DNA of 64,000 nt from Myxococcales bacterium (GTDB lineage: Bacteria; Myxococcota_A; UBA9042; JABWCM01; BTVJ01), in NCBI GenBank assembly GCA_045863395.1, contig BTVJ01000001.1, positions 288,001 through 352,000 on the forward strand. Direction: 5' to 3'. Positions 46,801-56,634 of the stretch are shown here, piece after piece. The notes under the pieces are model-generated. The model saw nothing but the letters and a program-made list of their open reading frames with translations, was not told the origin of the DNA and did no database searches. The position numbers and the translations under genes are program-made. How positions within the stretch are numbered: the first letter of the stretch is position 1; each line of letters begins with the position of its first letter.

Positions 46801-47901
46801 TCAGGGGGGGGAGGCGTCGCCCAGGAGGGCGGCACGGACGGCGAGCGCGCACCCGAGGAGGGCTCCCGTCCGCCCCGCGAACAGAGGAGGGGGCGTGGGG
46901 AGGCCGCGCGCCGCCACCAGGGCCACCAGATCGCCGGCGGGCGCTCGCGTGGCGTTGCACCACGCAGCCTTGAGCAGCACGGCGTCGGGTTGGGCTCCGA
47001 GGGCCTGCAGGGTGCGGCTGCTCCACGCGCAGAGCTGCTCACCCGGACGCAGGAAGGCTCGCCACCGCTGCCGGAGCAGCTCCTCGGGGATCGCGGCCGC
47101 GCGGTGCGCTTCGCTGAGGCCGAGGTGGGCCAGCTTCGTGTCCGCAGTCCTGGCAGGACACCCCACGGCCTCGAAGCGCTCGCCGGTCGCGACGCGCACG
47201 GCGCACAGATGCACGATGCGCCGCGCGTCGGGCGGGCCAGCGGTCTCCGCGTGGACCACGACGTCGCCCAGGGCGACGGGTGGGCGCGCCCTGGTCACGG
47301 CCCGCGCGCGTCGGACGGCCCGCTGCCGGGCGCGGTCGATCTGGTAGTCCACCATGGCGCCGAAGGAGCACAGCAGCGTGGTGAGCCCCGGCGTGTCGGG
47401 CTCGATGAGCGACAGCGCCGCGACGATGGCCTCGACGGTCGAGAGGTAGTGGCGGCGTGGCTCCGCTCGGATGCGATAGGCGCTCGGCGTCGGGTCGGCG
47501 AGCACGACGTGCGGCAGCGCGTCGAGCCACGGGTTGCTGCGGTGGAGCGTGCGCGCCTGGTGCCACGTGCCGTCGAGGACGATCAGGGCGCGGGGGAGCT
47601 CCGTCAGGGGCAACGTCTCCAGGGGGCGGGCGCCCTCGCTCGGGTACAGGACCGCCGCGCCGGGGGGCGGCGCGGCTGCCAGGCGGGACGGCGCGCCGGA
47701 CCATGGCGCGTTGACCTCCACCGTGCAGCGCTCGAGCCCGAGGCGCACGAGGCGCACCGTCCCGATGGCGCAGCGCGCCTCGCGCGGGTGCTGGATGACA
47801 TGCACGGGGGTGCGGTTGGGCACCCGCGGCAGGGAGGCGCACACACAAGCTCCCAGGGCCTTGTGGCAGCGGTAGCAGAACTCCCTTGGCGCCTCGCTCA
47901 T
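46801..47901 (-). CDS. tapT: tRNA-uridine aminocarboxypropyltransferase (DTW domain) with C-terminal extension
   Basis: CYRC....CVC, QHPRE, LYP, LDGTW, YRIR.EP, LSTVEA. Confidence 0.85.
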   Translation of the reverse strand: MSEAPREFCYRCHKALGACVCASLPRVPNRTPVHVIQHPREARCAIGTVRLVRLGLERCTVEVNAPWSGAPSRLAAAPPPGAAVLYPSEGARPLETLPLTELPRALIVLDGTWHQARTLHRSNPWLDALPHVVLADPTPSAYRIRAEPRRHYLSTVEAIVAALSLIEPDTPGLTTLLCSFGAMVDYQIDRARQRAVRRARAVTRARPPVALGDVVVHAETAGPPDARRIVHLCAVRVATGERFEAVGCPARTADTKLAHLGLSEAHRAAAIPEELLRQRWRAFLRPGEQLCAWSSRTLQALGAQPDAVLLKAAWCNATRAPAGDLVALVAARGLPTPPPLFAGRTGALLGCALAVRAALLGDASPP

Positions 47902-48066
47902 CGGCTCTCCTCGGCGGCGCCACCCTACACCGGCGCGCCGCACGGGGTCCACCCGGCGTCGCACTGGCACCGGCGGCCCCCACGGAGGGGGAAGCGTCGT
48001 GCAGTTGCGGTGGCGGCGGGGCTGTCCTATGGTCACGAACGATCTCACCAACAGGAGGCAGGACCC

Positions 48067-49806
48067 ATGCGGTTTGACAGAGTCTGGATCGGGGTGCTCG
48101 CGCTGGCGCTTGCTGCGTGCGCCGACGAGGCGGTGACCGGGGCGAGCGGGGACGCGGACGCGGACGCGACGCCCGCAGGCGACGCGGGGGGCATCGGGGA
48201 GGCGGACGTCACGGGGCCCGACGCGGGGGACGTGAAGGGCCCGGCGTGCGGAAAGGACGGGGATCCGTGCGAGGACGGAGACCCCTGCACGGTGGGCGAC
48301 ACGTGCAGCGACGACGTGTGCGTGGCCGGCGCACCCATGGCCTGCGACGACGGGCTCGCGTGCACGACCGAGGCCTGCGTCGGCGGCGCGTGCGTCGCGA
48401 CGCCCACCGCGGGAACGTGCGCCATCGGGGGCGCGTGCTACGCCGACGGGGACGCGGATCCGCAGAACCCGTGCGCCGCCTGCGACGCGGGGGCCAACGC
48501 CTGGGCGCCGGTGGCCGACGGGGCGGCGTGCGGCGGGTGCGGCGCGACGTGCGAGGCGGGGGTGTGCGTCGGGGAGACCTGCGACGACGGCAACCCGTGC
48601 ACCGATGACGCGTGCGAGGACGGCGCCTGCGTCCACACCGACAATGAGGCGACGTGCGACGACGGAGACGCTTGCACGACGGGCGATGTCTGCGGCGGCG
48701 GCGCGTGCGCGGGGACGGCGGCCGGGTGTACCACCGACGCGGACTGCGCCGGTCAGTTCGACGCGTGCCACGAGGCCTACCGGTGCGAGGCGTGCGCCTG
48801 CGTGCCCGACCCGGCGTCCCCTGTGCCGCCGCCGCCTTCCCTGCCGGAGCCGTGCCAGGCGTGGAGCTGCGATCCGCAGGCTGGCTGGGTCCAGGGGCCC
48901 GCACCGGACGGCGAGGCCTGCGACGACGGCGACGTGTGCACCGAGGCGGACGCCTGCGCCGCAGGCGACTGCGCCGGGTCCGCGGTCGTGTGCGACCAGG
49001 GCCCGCTCTGCGGCGTCGCGGCCTGTGAGGCGGGCGTCGGGTGCGTGGCGGACACGGCGCCCGAGTGCGACGGCTGCCCGGTGCAGCGCCTGACGACCAT
49101 CCAGTTCGCGAGCGGCCCCGGAGCTGCGCTCGACGTGACCGGCGACGGCGTCCCCGACAACGCGTTCGGACCGGCGGCGGGGCTGCTCAACGGCCCGCTG
49201 GCGGCGGACGTGGAGGCGGGGACCTTCACATGGCTGGCGCAGCACGCGGGGCTCGTGGGGGACGGGAGCACCTACACGCTGACGATCCACCACGGCGACC
49301 CCGAGGACGGCTGCGACCCCGCGGTGGCGAGCTGCAGCTACGTGGTGCGCGAGATCAGCTTCACGGAGTCGTGCACGCCCAAGTTCACCTTCACGGACGC
49401 GACGGTGGACGGCAGCCACGTCAGCGCGGGCGGCGCCGGCACCACGGTGGTGGCGCGCTTCACGATGATCCCCAACGTCATCGTGGAGTACACGCTGCAT
49501 GACGTGCGCATCGAGGCCGACTTGGCGGTCGCGCCTGGGGAGGGGGTCGACGTGCTGGGCGGGACCATCGGGGGCGTGGTGCCCATGGCCGACATCGTGG
49601 CGTCCATCGAGGCGGTGCCGGACGCCCAGCTCCCCTTCCCCAAGGAGGCGCTGCTGGGGATGCTCGCGGCCAGCGTGATCCCCGACGTGGACTTGGACGG
49701 CGACGGTGTGGCCGACGGCGTGAGCTTCGCGCTGCTCATCGAGGGCGCGCCGTCGGCCATCACCGGGGTGGCGGGGGACGTGTGCCCGGTGTGCTGGACT
49801 CCGTAG
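48067..49806 (+). CDS. Cys-rich repeat lipoprotein (CDDGxxCT repeats) with unassigned C-terminal domain
   Basis: LAAC lipobox; multiple CDDGNPCT.D.C units; AGGAGG RBS. Confidence 0.82.
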   Translation: MRFDRVWIGVLALALAACADEAVTGASGDADADATPAGDAGGIGEADVTGPDAGDVKGPACGKDGDPCEDGDPCTVGDTCSDDVCVAGAPMACDDGLACTTEACVGGACVATPTAGTCAIGGACYADGDADPQNPCAACDAGANAWAPVADGAACGGCGATCEAGVCVGETCDDGNPCTDDACEDGACVHTDNEATCDDGDACTTGDVCGGGACAGTAAGCTTDADCAGQFDACHEAYRCEACACVPDPASPVPPPPSLPEPCQAWSCDPQAGWVQGPAPDGEACDDGDVCTEADACAAGDCAGSAVVCDQGPLCGVAACEAGVGCVADTAPECDGCPVQRLTTIQFASGPGAALDVTGDGVPDNAFGPAAGLLNGPLAADVEAGTFTWLAQHAGLVGDGSTYTLTIHHGDPEDGCDPAVASCSYVVREISFTESCTPKFTFTDATVDGSHVSAGGAGTTVVARFTMIPNVIVEYTLHDVRIEADLAVAPGEGVDVLGGTIGGVVPMADIVASIEAVPDAQLPFPKEALLGMLAASVIPDVDLDGDGVADGVSFALLIEGAPSAITGVAGDVCPVCWTP

Positions 49807-49834
49807 AGACGCGGCGTCAGGCTTCCCTCCGCTC

Positions 49835-51535
49835 CTACCACTCCCCGCCGGGGATGCCGTTGATCGACCGCCCGTTGAGCGGCTGGACGGGGCGGTGGTT
49901 GCCGTGGAGGACGGCGGCCAGCGCCTCGATCTGGTCCTTGGTGGCGCTGATCGGCTGCGCCATCACGTTCCACCTCACGCCCTCCGTACACTTGGGCGTC
50001 GTCAGCGACCCGTCGTAGCGCCAGGTCTCCTGCGCCGGAGGCAGGAGCCCCATCGCGTCGATCACGGGGCCGCCCTCGAGGACGGGGGAGAGGGTCGCAG
50101 GGACGTAGGGCAGGATGGAGGCGAGCGCGTCGTTCTCATCTGGCCCCTCCTCGACGAACACCCCGACCACCGCGGCCCCCTCGGGCCCGTAGTGGACGAA
50201 GTGGATCTCCAGCGGCCAGTCGGCGCCGCTGACGAGGTGCTCGCTGTGGGCGTGGAAGTGGAACTGGTCGAGCTCGTAGGTCGCGCCGTCGATGACCAGC
50301 TCACTCCCCGGCTCCCAGCGCACCTCGACCGTGTGGCCGTTGTTCAGGATGGCGAGCGGCGCCGGCTCCCACTGCACGTGGAACATCTCGGGCACATTGG
50401 GCACGGCCCACTCGCTGGGGATGTCGATGGGGGACTGCGCCTGCCCCTCGGAGCAGAGCACGAAGTCGGGGGAGAGGTCCGCCCAGTGCTCGGGGCCGGT
50501 CTCGCCCTCGTAGCCCCAGTGGGGCCCCTCGACATGGCGATCATGGAGCGGCTGGGCCGGGCGCCAGTTGTGGTCGAAGACCTTGGTGAGCTTGGTGATC
50601 TGGGCAGTGGACGCGGTGATGGGCTGGGACATGACGAACCACTCCACACCCTCGGTGCAGGGGGGCACGGTCAGCGATCCGTCGTAGCGCCAGCTCGCCT
50701 TGACGGCCGGGAGCAGCGCCGCGGCGTCGATGGTCACCCCGGGGACCGCGGTGGCCTTCTGCTCCTCGGTGGGCAGGTTGTCCACCACGGGGTTCAGCGC
50801 CTCGGTCTCCTCACCCTCCTCGATGAACACGCCGACGACGCCGAGCTTGCCGCCCTCCGCCTCGTGGACGAAGTGGAGCTCTGCGGGGTAGAAGTGGCCG
50901 CCGACGGTGTGCTCCGAGCGGGCGTGATAGTGGAGCTGGGTCAGCGCGAAGGTGTGGCCGTCCACGGTCAGCGTGCTGCCCGGGTCGTAGTTGAACTGGA
51001 CCGTGTGGCCGTTGTTGAGGACCACCGCCTTGCTGGTCTTCCAGGCGAAGTTCATCGCGGGGTGGGACGCCGGGCTCACCGCCACGATGTCGATGGGCGA
51101 CTGCGCCATGCCGGTCTCGCACAGCGCGTACTTGTCCGAGAGGCTGCCCCAGTGCTCGGGACCTGTCTCGCCCTCGTAGCTCCAGTGGGGATCTCCGGTG
51201 TGGGCGTCACCCTGGTGGCCGTCACCCTCGTGGGCGTCACCCTCGTGGGCATCGCCAGCGTGGGCATCGTCGACGTGGGCGTCCTCGTGGGCGTCCCCGG
51301 CGAGGCCGTCCTCTGCGTGGCTGTCGCCTCCGTGGATGTCGGCGTGCGCGTCCTCGGACTGACCGTCCCCTGCGTTCGTGTCGCCGGCAAGGGAGTCGCT
51401 GCTCCCCGTGTCACCGACCCCCGCGTCCGCGCCCGATCCGTTGCCGCCGGGTTCATCGCCCTCACACGCGGCCGCTCCCGCGATCACCAGGAACAGCGCG
51501 CTGACGAGCGCGATGGTCCTTCCTCGTACTCTCAT
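49835..51535 (-). CDS. cah: Lipoprotein with two tandem alpha-carbonic anhydrase domains and a His/Asp-rich linker
   Basis: AAAC lipobox; two copies of HW.YEG..GPEHW, QSPIDI, NNGHT, HxH..SEH, ExHFVH, YDGSLT, RP.QPL. Confidence 0.93.
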   Translation of the reverse strand: MRVRGRTIALVSALFLVIAGAAACEGDEPGGNGSGADAGVGDTGSSDSLAGDTNAGDGQSEDAHADIHGGDSHAEDGLAGDAHEDAHVDDAHAGDAHEGDAHEGDGHQGDAHTGDPHWSYEGETGPEHWGSLSDKYALCETGMAQSPIDIVAVSPASHPAMNFAWKTSKAVVLNNGHTVQFNYDPGSTLTVDGHTFALTQLHYHARSEHTVGGHFYPAELHFVHEAEGGKLGVVGVFIEEGEETEALNPVVDNLPTEEQKATAVPGVTIDAAALLPAVKASWRYDGSLTVPPCTEGVEWFVMSQPITASTAQITKLTKVFDHNWRPAQPLHDRHVEGPHWGYEGETGPEHWADLSPDFVLCSEGQAQSPIDIPSEWAVPNVPEMFHVQWEPAPLAILNNGHTVEVRWEPGSELVIDGATYELDQFHFHAHSEHLVSGADWPLEIHFVHYGPEGAAVVGVFVEEGPDENDALASILPYVPATLSPVLEGGPVIDAMGLLPPAQETWRYDGSLTTPKCTEGVRWNVMAQPISATKDQIEALAAVLHGNHRPVQPLNGRSINGIPGGEW

Positions 51536-51762
51536 GCTATCTCCTCTATGAGTCGCGTCGCACCGGTCGACGGCGCGCGCGACGGCAGGATCTGTGACGC
51601 CCTGGGGCCAGATTCCCCCAAGTGCCGCTCGCTGGACCGCGGCGCCACTCGCCTGGTGGGGGAGGACTCTCCAGGACTGAAGTTGGAACACGTGGTACAG
51701 CACGGGCCCGTGGGGCGCAAGTCGGCGCGCCGGGATCCATGATCTGGGGGACGGAAGAAAAC

Positions 51763-51829
51763 TTGCACAAAGAAGCAATCGTCTCTTGACACCCACCGCT
51801 GAACGGACATCATTTGCACAATGACGCAA
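51763..51829 (+). promoter_or_regulatory. arsR promoter flanked by two operator boxes
   Basis: TTGCACAAAGAAGCAA (51763-51778) and TTGCACAATGACGCAA (51814-51829) flank TTGACA-N16-CATCAT. Confidence 0.7.
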
Positions 51830-52258
51830 CAATGCAACGATGACACGACGCCCTGCTGCTCCCCCCTGGGGGCTCTCCTGTCCCCGGACCTGTTCCGGGC
51901 GCTCGGGGACGCCTCCCGGGTTGACATCCTGACCTGGCTCGCCCGCTGCCGGGAGCCCGTGACGGTCGGAGAGATCGCCACGTGCTGCCCGCTGGACGTC
52001 TCCGTGGTCTCGCGGCACCTGACGGTGCTCCGTGACGCGGGGATCGTCGAGACGCGCAAGGAGGGCCGCAAGGTGCTGGTCAGGCTCCGCTTCGAGCACC
52101 TCTCGGGGCTCCTGCGGCAGATCGCGGACGCCATCGACGCATGCTGCCCACCTGGCGGCGGTTGCGCGGCGCAGCCCCCGGACGGTTCGGGGGCGCCTGC
52201 CAAGAGAGACTCCGGGGGCGACGCTCCCGGGACCGACGTTCAGGAGGAACGACCATGA
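51821..52258 (+). CDS. arsR: ArsR/SmtB family repressor
   Basis: FRALGDASR..IL, VSRHL..LR.AGIV; CC pairs at three positions. Confidence 0.88.
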   Translation: MTQQCNDDTTPCCSPLGALLSPDLFRALGDASRVDILTWLARCREPVTVGEIATCCPLDVSVVSRHLTVLRDAGIVETRKEGRKVLVRLRFEHLSGLLRQIADAIDACCPPGGGCAAQPPDGSGAPAKRDSGGDAPGTDVQEERP

Positions 52259-53085
52259 GCGAAGCGAAGGCGATCAGGGACGAGGTGGCGCAGAGCTACA
52301 CGAAGGCGGTATCCGGCGCCTCGTGCTGCAGCACGTCATGCTGCGGCGCGGAGCCGACGAGTGAGACGGCAAAGGCCGCCGGCTACGATCCGGCGGACTT
52401 GGCGAGCCTCCCGGCGGACGCGGTGGCCAGCTCCTTCGGGTGCGGCGCCCCCGTGGCCTTTGCAGGCATCCGCGAGGGGGACACGGTGCTCGACCTGGGC
52501 AGCGGCGCGGGGATCGACCTGCTGCTCGCCGCGCAGAAGGTGGGCCCGGCGGGCAAGGTCATCGGCGTCGACATGACGGACGCGATGATCGAGCGCGCTC
52601 GCGCCAACGCGGCCAGGGCCGGCGCGACCCAGGTGGAGGTCCGCAAGGGCATCATCGAGGAGCTGCCCGTCGCGACGGAGAGCGTGGACTGGGTGATCTC
52701 CAACTGCGTGGTCAACCTGTCGCCGGAGAAGGACCGGGTGTTCCGCGAGATCGCGCGTGTCCTCAAGCCGGGCGGGGAGCTGTCCATCTCCGACATCGTG
52801 GTGGAGGAGCTGCCGGCCGCCCTGCGGGGAAACCCGGCGCTGCGCGCGGCGTGCGTCGCCGGCGCCATCACGGAGGCCGAGTACCTGGCGGGCCTGCGGG
52901 CGGCGGGGCTGTCGGAGGTGCGCGTCGAGGATCGGCTGGTCTATGACGCGGCGCAGATCGCGGGCTTCCTGGGCGGCGACGAGCTGGGGGAGCTGACCCG
53001 AGCGCTTCCCGCCGAGGTGGTGCGGGCGCTGCCCAAGGCGCTCGACGGCAAGGTGTGGAGCGCGCGGTTCCGCGCACGCAGGTGA
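52255..53085 (+). CDS. arsM: Arsenite methyltransferase
   Basis: N-terminal CC..CC, SFGCG.P, LDLGSGAGID, GVDMT..MI, ISNCVVNL, ACVAGA. Confidence 0.92.
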   Translation: MSEAKAIRDEVAQSYTKAVSGASCCSTSCCGAEPTSETAKAAGYDPADLASLPADAVASSFGCGAPVAFAGIREGDTVLDLGSGAGIDLLLAAQKVGPAGKVIGVDMTDAMIERARANAARAGATQVEVRKGIIEELPVATESVDWVISNCVVNLSPEKDRVFREIARVLKPGGELSISDIVVEELPAALRGNPALRAACVAGAITEAEYLAGLRAAGLSEVRVEDRLVYDAAQIAGFLGGDELGELTRALPAEVVRALPKALDGKVWSARFRARR

Positions 53086-53092
53086 GGAGAAC

Positions 53093-53119
53093 CCGGGCGC
53101 GGGTCGGCCCGCGTCCGGG
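53093..53119 (+). terminator. GC stem-loop after arsM
   Basis: CCGGGCGCGGGTCGGCCCGCGTCCGG hairpin; no U-tract. Confidence 0.35.
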
Positions 53120-53291
53120 AGCCACCAGACTCGGGGCACGGGAACCCCGGGACGCGCTCCCGGGGCGACGACACGCGACAGCCCCGGGCGCACAAGGGAG
53201 ACGCTCCCAGCCGTCGCATCCACGCCCTGGCGGCCAGACTGCGCTTCTGGTATAGGGGGAGCTACCTGACAATCAATTCCGCGAGGGTGCC

Positions 53292-55940
53292 ATGCGCCTC
53301 CTGCCCGTGCTCGTCCTGGCGTTGTCCGTCCACGCACGTGCGGCCGTCCCGGACCGCGTCCCGTTCCAGGGCTTCCTGGCCACATCCTCGGGAGCTCCCG
53401 CATCGGGGTCCTACGCGCTGACCATCCGGGTGTTCGATGCCCAGACGGGCGGAGCGCTCCTCTACGAGCAGCCCGCCAGCGTCGCCGTGGGCGGCGGGCT
53501 CTTCGACGTGGAGCTGGGGCCGCTGCCCGCGGCGGTGACGGCAGCCCCATCCCGGTGGGTGGAGGTGCAGGTGGAGGCCGAGCCCCCGCTGGCCCGCCGC
53601 CCGCTGCTGGCTGCCGCCTTCGCGCTCCAGGCGGGGCGGGCGGACCTGGCCACCGCCGCGGAGACCCTGGCGTGCTCCGGCTGCGTAGGGACGGCGCTGA
53701 TCGCGCCCGGAGCGATCAAGGCGGCCCAGCTCGGCGTCCCATGGGCGGCTGGCGCAGGGCCCGGGGGCGACGCGGCGGGGCTCGCGTGCTCGGGCTGTGT
53801 GGACGCGACGGACCTGGCGGCGGGCAGCGTCGGCACGGCGGCGTTGCAGGATGGGGGCGTCGCGAGCGCGGACGTCGCCTTCACCTACGCGGGCAGCGCG
53901 TCCAAGGGCGGTCCTGCGGGCGACGTCGCCTGCACGGGCTGCATCCACAGCGCAGACCTGGCGGCCAACCTGGAGGTCACTGGATCCTTCGCGGCCGACG
54001 GCTCCACCCTCTACGTGGACGGGCTGACCCACCGGGTGGGGGTCGGCGTCGGCGCGCCGGCCAGCACGCTGCATGTGGTCGGCGGGACCTTCCAGGGGAC
54101 GACCATCGACCAGAAGGGCAACGGGCCGGCCCTGGAGGTGACGCGGAGCGGCGCGGGCGAGGGGCCCAACGATCCCGTGTTGCGGGTCACGGAGCTGCGC
54201 CAGGGGGGCGGCAGCGCGCAGCCGGTCCTGGGCGTGGTCGGGGCGAGCACCAGCGGGTGGTTCGTGCAGGTGGGCAACCCGCCCAACGGCAACTCCAGCA
54301 ACCCCACGGGCGGTGGCCTCATCGTCCAGAACACGGCGGCGAGCACGAGGCCCACCCTGCGCCTCGTCCAGGGCGGAGCGGCGCCGGTCATCGAGGGCGG
54401 CGACGGCTCGGCGACCACGTTCACGGTGGCGAAGTCGGGAGCGGTCGCGGCCAAGGCGCTGGATCTCGGGGGCGGCTCGCTGACGTCCTTCCGGGCCCAT
54501 CCGGCGTCGACGGCTCCGGGATCGTGTAGCAACGCCAACGCGGGGCAGATCTGGTTCGACACGGCCAACGCGAAGTTCATGGGCTGCGACGGCACCGAGT
54601 GGGTCCCCCTGTCGGGCGGGTCGGCGGGGCCAGGGTCGAGCCAGTCGCTGGCGGGCCGGGACTGCGTGGAGCTGAAGGAGCTGGGCGTCCAGGCGAGCGG
54701 CATCTACTGGATCGACCCGAACGGGGGCACCCAGGCCGACGCCTTCCCCGCCTACTGCGAGATGGACACCGACGGCGGCGGCTGGACCATGTGCTACACG
54801 GACAATGGGGAGGTGCGCCTCCAGTCGCAGACGACCTTCACCCAGGCGAACCCCTACGGGACGGACGGCTATCGGACCGCCTGTGGGGCCGTCGCGTGGT
54901 CCGAGGTGCTGTACGTCAACCACACGGCCAACCAGAAGGCGTGGTTCAAGCGCGACATCGACCTGGACCTGACGTTCGGCGCGACGGGCTACGACAGCAC
55001 GGGCGGCTCCTTCGGCACCTGGTCGGGCTACGGCGTCGCGAGCGCGTCCACGAAGTACCAGGTGATGGTGTGCGACACGTCGGGCCTGTTCGGCGCCATC
55101 ATGACCACGGGCTACAACGGCTGCTGGAAGTACTGCAACAACTGGTGCAACGACGGGTCGGCCACCTACTTCCGTACCGATGCGGACAGCGGGGGCAGCT
55201 TCAACGGCGTCGCCTTCAACGAGAACGGCCACCAGACCGTCTCGACCAAGCTCATGAGCGTGGGGATCCGGCGGGCGCGGCCGTTCACCGATGCGCCATC
55301 CAACACCAAGGACACGCCGGCCGCGTCCTGCCTGGCGCTGCGCAACGGGGGCACCGACACGGACGGCTACTACTGGCTCGACCCCAACGGCGGGAGCGCG
55401 GCCGACTCGTTCCTCGCATGGTGCGACATGACGACGGACGGCGGCGGCTGGACCATGTGCCACACGGACAACGCGGAGGTCCACGCCAAGACCGAGGTGA
55501 CCTTCTCGATGGCGGGCGCCTTCGGCTTCGACGGCTACCGCAGCGACTGCCGCAACATCCCGTTCAACAACGTGCTCTACGTGAACCACGACAACGGCCA
55601 GAAGGCGTGGTTCAAGCGGGACACGGCCGGGACCATCGTCGCCAGCAGCACGACCTGGTTCACCAACGGGTCCACCTACGGGCTCTGGACCGGCTACGGG
55701 TCGATGAACGGCAGCTACAAGTACCAGCTCCTGCTCTGCGACAACGGGTGGATGTGGACCGGCTTCTTCATCTCCGGCTACACGAGCTGCTGGAAGGGGT
55801 GCAACAACTGGTGCAGCGACGGCTCGACCCCCTACTACCGCTACGATGGCGATGACGGCGGCAGCTACAACGGCGTCTCGTTCAACCAGAACGGCCACAC
55901 GAACGTGCCCTACAAGATGATGAGCGTGGGGGTCCGGTAG
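53292..55940 (+). CDS. Secreted fibre/adhesin-like protein with two C-terminal fibrinogen-like (YCDMxxxGGGW) domains
   Basis: Signal peptide ending ARA; VPFQGFL N-terminal domain; three ACxGC repeats; YCEMDTDGGGWT and WCDMTTDGGGWT. Confidence 0.85.
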   Translation: MRLLPVLVLALSVHARAAVPDRVPFQGFLATSSGAPASGSYALTIRVFDAQTGGALLYEQPASVAVGGGLFDVELGPLPAAVTAAPSRWVEVQVEAEPPLARRPLLAAAFALQAGRADLATAAETLACSGCVGTALIAPGAIKAAQLGVPWAAGAGPGGDAAGLACSGCVDATDLAAGSVGTAALQDGGVASADVAFTYAGSASKGGPAGDVACTGCIHSADLAANLEVTGSFAADGSTLYVDGLTHRVGVGVGAPASTLHVVGGTFQGTTIDQKGNGPALEVTRSGAGEGPNDPVLRVTELRQGGGSAQPVLGVVGASTSGWFVQVGNPPNGNSSNPTGGGLIVQNTAASTRPTLRLVQGGAAPVIEGGDGSATTFTVAKSGAVAAKALDLGGGSLTSFRAHPASTAPGSCSNANAGQIWFDTANAKFMGCDGTEWVPLSGGSAGPGSSQSLAGRDCVELKELGVQASGIYWIDPNGGTQADAFPAYCEMDTDGGGWTMCYTDNGEVRLQSQTTFTQANPYGTDGYRTACGAVAWSEVLYVNHTANQKAWFKRDIDLDLTFGATGYDSTGGSFGTWSGYGVASASTKYQVMVCDTSGLFGAIMTTGYNGCWKYCNNWCNDGSATYFRTDADSGGSFNGVAFNENGHQTVSTKLMSVGIRRARPFTDAPSNTKDTPAASCLALRNGGTDTDGYYWLDPNGGSAADSFLAWCDMTTDGGGWTMCHTDNAEVHAKTEVTFSMAGAFGFDGYRSDCRNIPFNNVLYVNHDNGQKAWFKRDTAGTIVASSTTWFTNGSTYGLWTGYGSMNGSYKYQLLLCDNGWMWTGFFISGYTSCWKGCNNWCSDGSTPYYRYDGDDGGSYNGVSFNQNGHTNVPYKMMSVGVR

Positions 55941-56004
55941 GCGGTTACACGTCGAAGTGGAGAGCGCTCGTTGGGGCGCGCCACCTGGTGCGTCCTGCAA
56001 CGGC

Positions 56005-56634
56005 ATGCGATGGCTGCTCCTGCTCCTGGTCGTTCCCGGTCCCGCGCTCGCGCTCCCGCTGCACGCGCCGCTGCCCGCCAACGCCGCGCCGGAGGAGGAG
56101 GCCGCGCTCTCCGTGCTGCGCGGCGAGGGGTGCGAGCTGAGGGGCCTGACCGCCGCGGAGGACCGGGTGGTGCGCTCAGCCGCGGCGCGCGTCACCCGCG
56201 CGCTCGCGGACCCGGAGGTCGTGGACCTGCTGCGGAGCAAGACCGACTGGGTCGTCGAGGAGGACGCGGGGTGGCGCACCAAGGCCGTGGACGTGCCGCT
56301 GGCGCTCCGCTGGGAGAGGCTGATCGGCGTGTTCGTGCTCGACGGCGGCTGTGACGTGGCGGGGGGAGCCGAGGCGCTCACCGTCATGGGCACGCGGGCC
56401 ATCGTCCTGCGAGCGCCTCTGCTCGCCCCCGGGCAGGAGGTCTCGCTGTCACGCACGCTGATCCACGAGGCGCTGCACGTGCTCGGCTACACCCACCCGG
56501 ACGCCACGGTCGATCTCGGCGGCGTGACGTACAACAACAGCGTGCCCGTGTACGTCGGGTGCATCCTCCAGCGGTGGCCGGACCTGGTGGCAGCCCGCAG
56601 AGACTGCCACCAGCCGGGAGACCACCTACTCTGA
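56005..56634 (+). CDS. Small secreted HExxH metallopeptidase-like protein
   Basis: Signal peptide; TLIHEALHVLGYTH. Confidence 0.7.
   Translation: MRWLLLLLVVPGPALALPLHAPLPANAAPEEEAALSVLRGEGCELRGLTAAEDRVVRSAAARVTRALADPEVVDLLRSKTDWVVEEDAGWRTKAVDVPLALRWERLIGVFVLDGGCDVAGGAEALTVMGTRAIVLRAPLLAPGQEVSLSRTLIHEALHVLGYTHPDATVDLGGVTYNNSVPVYVGCILQRWPDLVAARRDCHQPGDHLL

Noticed and set aside
48240..49080. Periodic TGC-rich DNA (also 14960-15640) read as non-coding arrays
   Set aside because: Fully explained by Cys-rich protein repeats in lipoprotein CDSs
50370..50385. parS-like sequences (also near 36640 and 51684)
   Set aside because: About four mismatches to the 16-bp palindrome each; mostly inside CDSs; expected by chance
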